A stretch of DNA of 63,235 nt, counting the filler, from Dugesia japonica (Eukaryota): the NCBI GenBank assembly GCA_001938525.1. It is 6 parts of 6 records of this genome, joined end to end, with 100 filler letters (N's around TTAATTAATTAA, not from the genome) between each part and the next. Parts side by side here need not be neighbours in the genome. Positions count along the whole stretch, not along the records: positions 53,586 to 63,235 come from MQRL01632683.1; 5 more parts are not named here. One strand, given 5' to 3'. Under the pieces are notes generated by a model. That model did not search any database, was not told the origin of the DNA, and saw only the letters and a program-made list of their open reading frames with translations. The position numbers were made by a program, and so were the translations under genes. Positions 62,289-63,235 of this stretch are shown here, one piece after another (positions within the stretch are counted from its first letter, which is position 1; each line of letters opens with the position of its first letter).

Positions 62289-63183
62289 AGAGTTAGAAGA
62301 ATTATTAAAAACTCAGAAAANNNNNNNNNNNNNNNNNNNNNNNNNNNNNNNNNNNNNNNNNNNNNNNNNNNNNNNNNNNNNNNNNNNNNNNNNNNNNNNN
62401 NNNNNNNNNNNNNNNNNNNNNNNNNNNNNNNNNNNNNNNNNNNNNNNNNNNNNNNNNNNNNNNNNNNNNNNNNNNNNAGAACCTGAAATTAAAGATGAAA
62501 TAGAACCTGAAATTAAAGATGAAATAGAACCTGAAATTAAAGATGAACCTCCACCTGATGATATAAATGAAAATATTAAACAAATTTTAAAAAAAGAAAC
62601 TACAACACCGTTTTTTCCAAAGAATATAAATAATAATAAAAAAACATTAGCATTTCCAAGTTTAATACCTCAACTATATGATTATACATCAGATGGTGAA
62701 AGAAAATATCAAGTATTTTTCTATCCAGATGTAAACAAAAATATTTTATTATTTACTGATGNTGATGAATTAAAATTTTCAGTTAATGAAAAAATTCATA
62801 AATATTCTGAAATATTTTTAGATATAATTTTTGGTAGAAGAGAAAAAATAAAAAATACTCAAGAAACAAAAGATCTTATTGAAATATATTTTAATGAAGT
62901 GTTAATGAGAAAACCTATTAATGATTCTTATTATAATTTTTTAGAAAGTATGTTAGATAAACCTAAAAGGGGTCCTTCAAAAAGTGGTTTGAAAAAAAAA
63001 CCTGGAGATGGATTTAATCCTTTAAATTTATTTGAAAAGTTAACATTATTAATTTTGGCAGCAAAATCCGGACACGATCATTTAAAAAATGATATTAAAA
63101 AAGTTTATAAAAAATTAAAAATTATGGGAATAATTTCTGATAAAATTTATGATAAATATAAGGGGAAATATTTTACTAAATAA
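62257..63183 (+). CDS. Polinton/adintovirus-like conserved ORF with EPEIKDEI repeats (contains N gap)
   Basis: C-terminal NPLNLFEKLTLLILAAKSGH..L..DI motif, homologous to 27-918; overlaps the upstream ORF as in compact viral genomes. Confidence 0.75.
   Translation: MIKMDIRTRIRELEELLKTQKXXXXXXXXXXXXXXXXXXXXXXXXXXXXXXXXXXXXXXXXXXXXXXXXXXXXXEPEIKDEIEPEIKDEIEPEIKDEPPPDDINENIKQILKKETTTPFFPKNINNNKKTLAFPSLIPQLYDYTSDGERKYQVFFYPDVNKNILLFTDXDELKFSVNEKIHKYSEIFLDIIFGRREKIKNTQETKDLIEIYFNEVLMRKPINDSYYNFLESMLDKPKRGPSKSGLKKKPGDGFNPLNLFEKLTLLILAAKSGHDHLKNDIKKVYKKLKIMGIISDKIYDKYKGKYFTK
62479..62550 (+). repeat. 24-bp coding tandem repeat GAACCTGAAATTAAAGATGAAATA
   Basis: About three visible units next to an N gap that probably hides more. 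Confidence 0.85.
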
Positions 63184-63235
63184 GAAATATAACCCACGAA
63201 GTGGGTTTGTTTTATACATTATTTTACATTTTTAA

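Noticed and set aside
1-63235. One giant Polinton spanning the window, since homologous ORFs occur at both ends
   Set aside because: The ends are on different contigs separated by artificial linkers, in the same orientation, and are diverged homologues rather than TIRs.

Overview
AT-rich eukaryotic (animal-like, compact-intron) genomic DNA. It is not one continuous locus: six roughly 10-kb contigs are joined by an artificial N44-TTAATTAATTAA-N44 linker (segments 1-11402, 11503-20674, 20775-31118, 31219-41116, 41217-53485, 53586-63235). Four spliced host genes are recognisable: RBM39/Caper-like, the 3' part of a tensin-like gene, flotillin-2 and TMEM101. They lie among many decayed transposons (pogo/Tigger, mariner, hAT, MULE/Phantom, Penelope, Gypsy, RTE-like, MITEs) and a degenerate 28S rRNA fragment. 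Both ends of the window carry Polinton/Maverick (adintovirus-like) sequence. The most striking observation is in the last contig. A protein-primed family-B DNA polymerase (N-terminal Zn fingers, OTU-like Cys/His module, endonuclease-VII insertion in the exonuclease domain) carries an uninterrupted 200-aa mini-intein (60625-61224) inserted exactly in catalytic motif C: YSD|S...KN|TDS. This is the pol-c site known from archaeal and giant-virus PolBs. An intein in an endogenous Polinton of an animal genome would be unusual. This polymerase copy is itself broken (nonsense codon, loss of motifs A and B, a frameshift), while the intein frame is intact. Protein identifications are from motif recognition by eye, not database searches.
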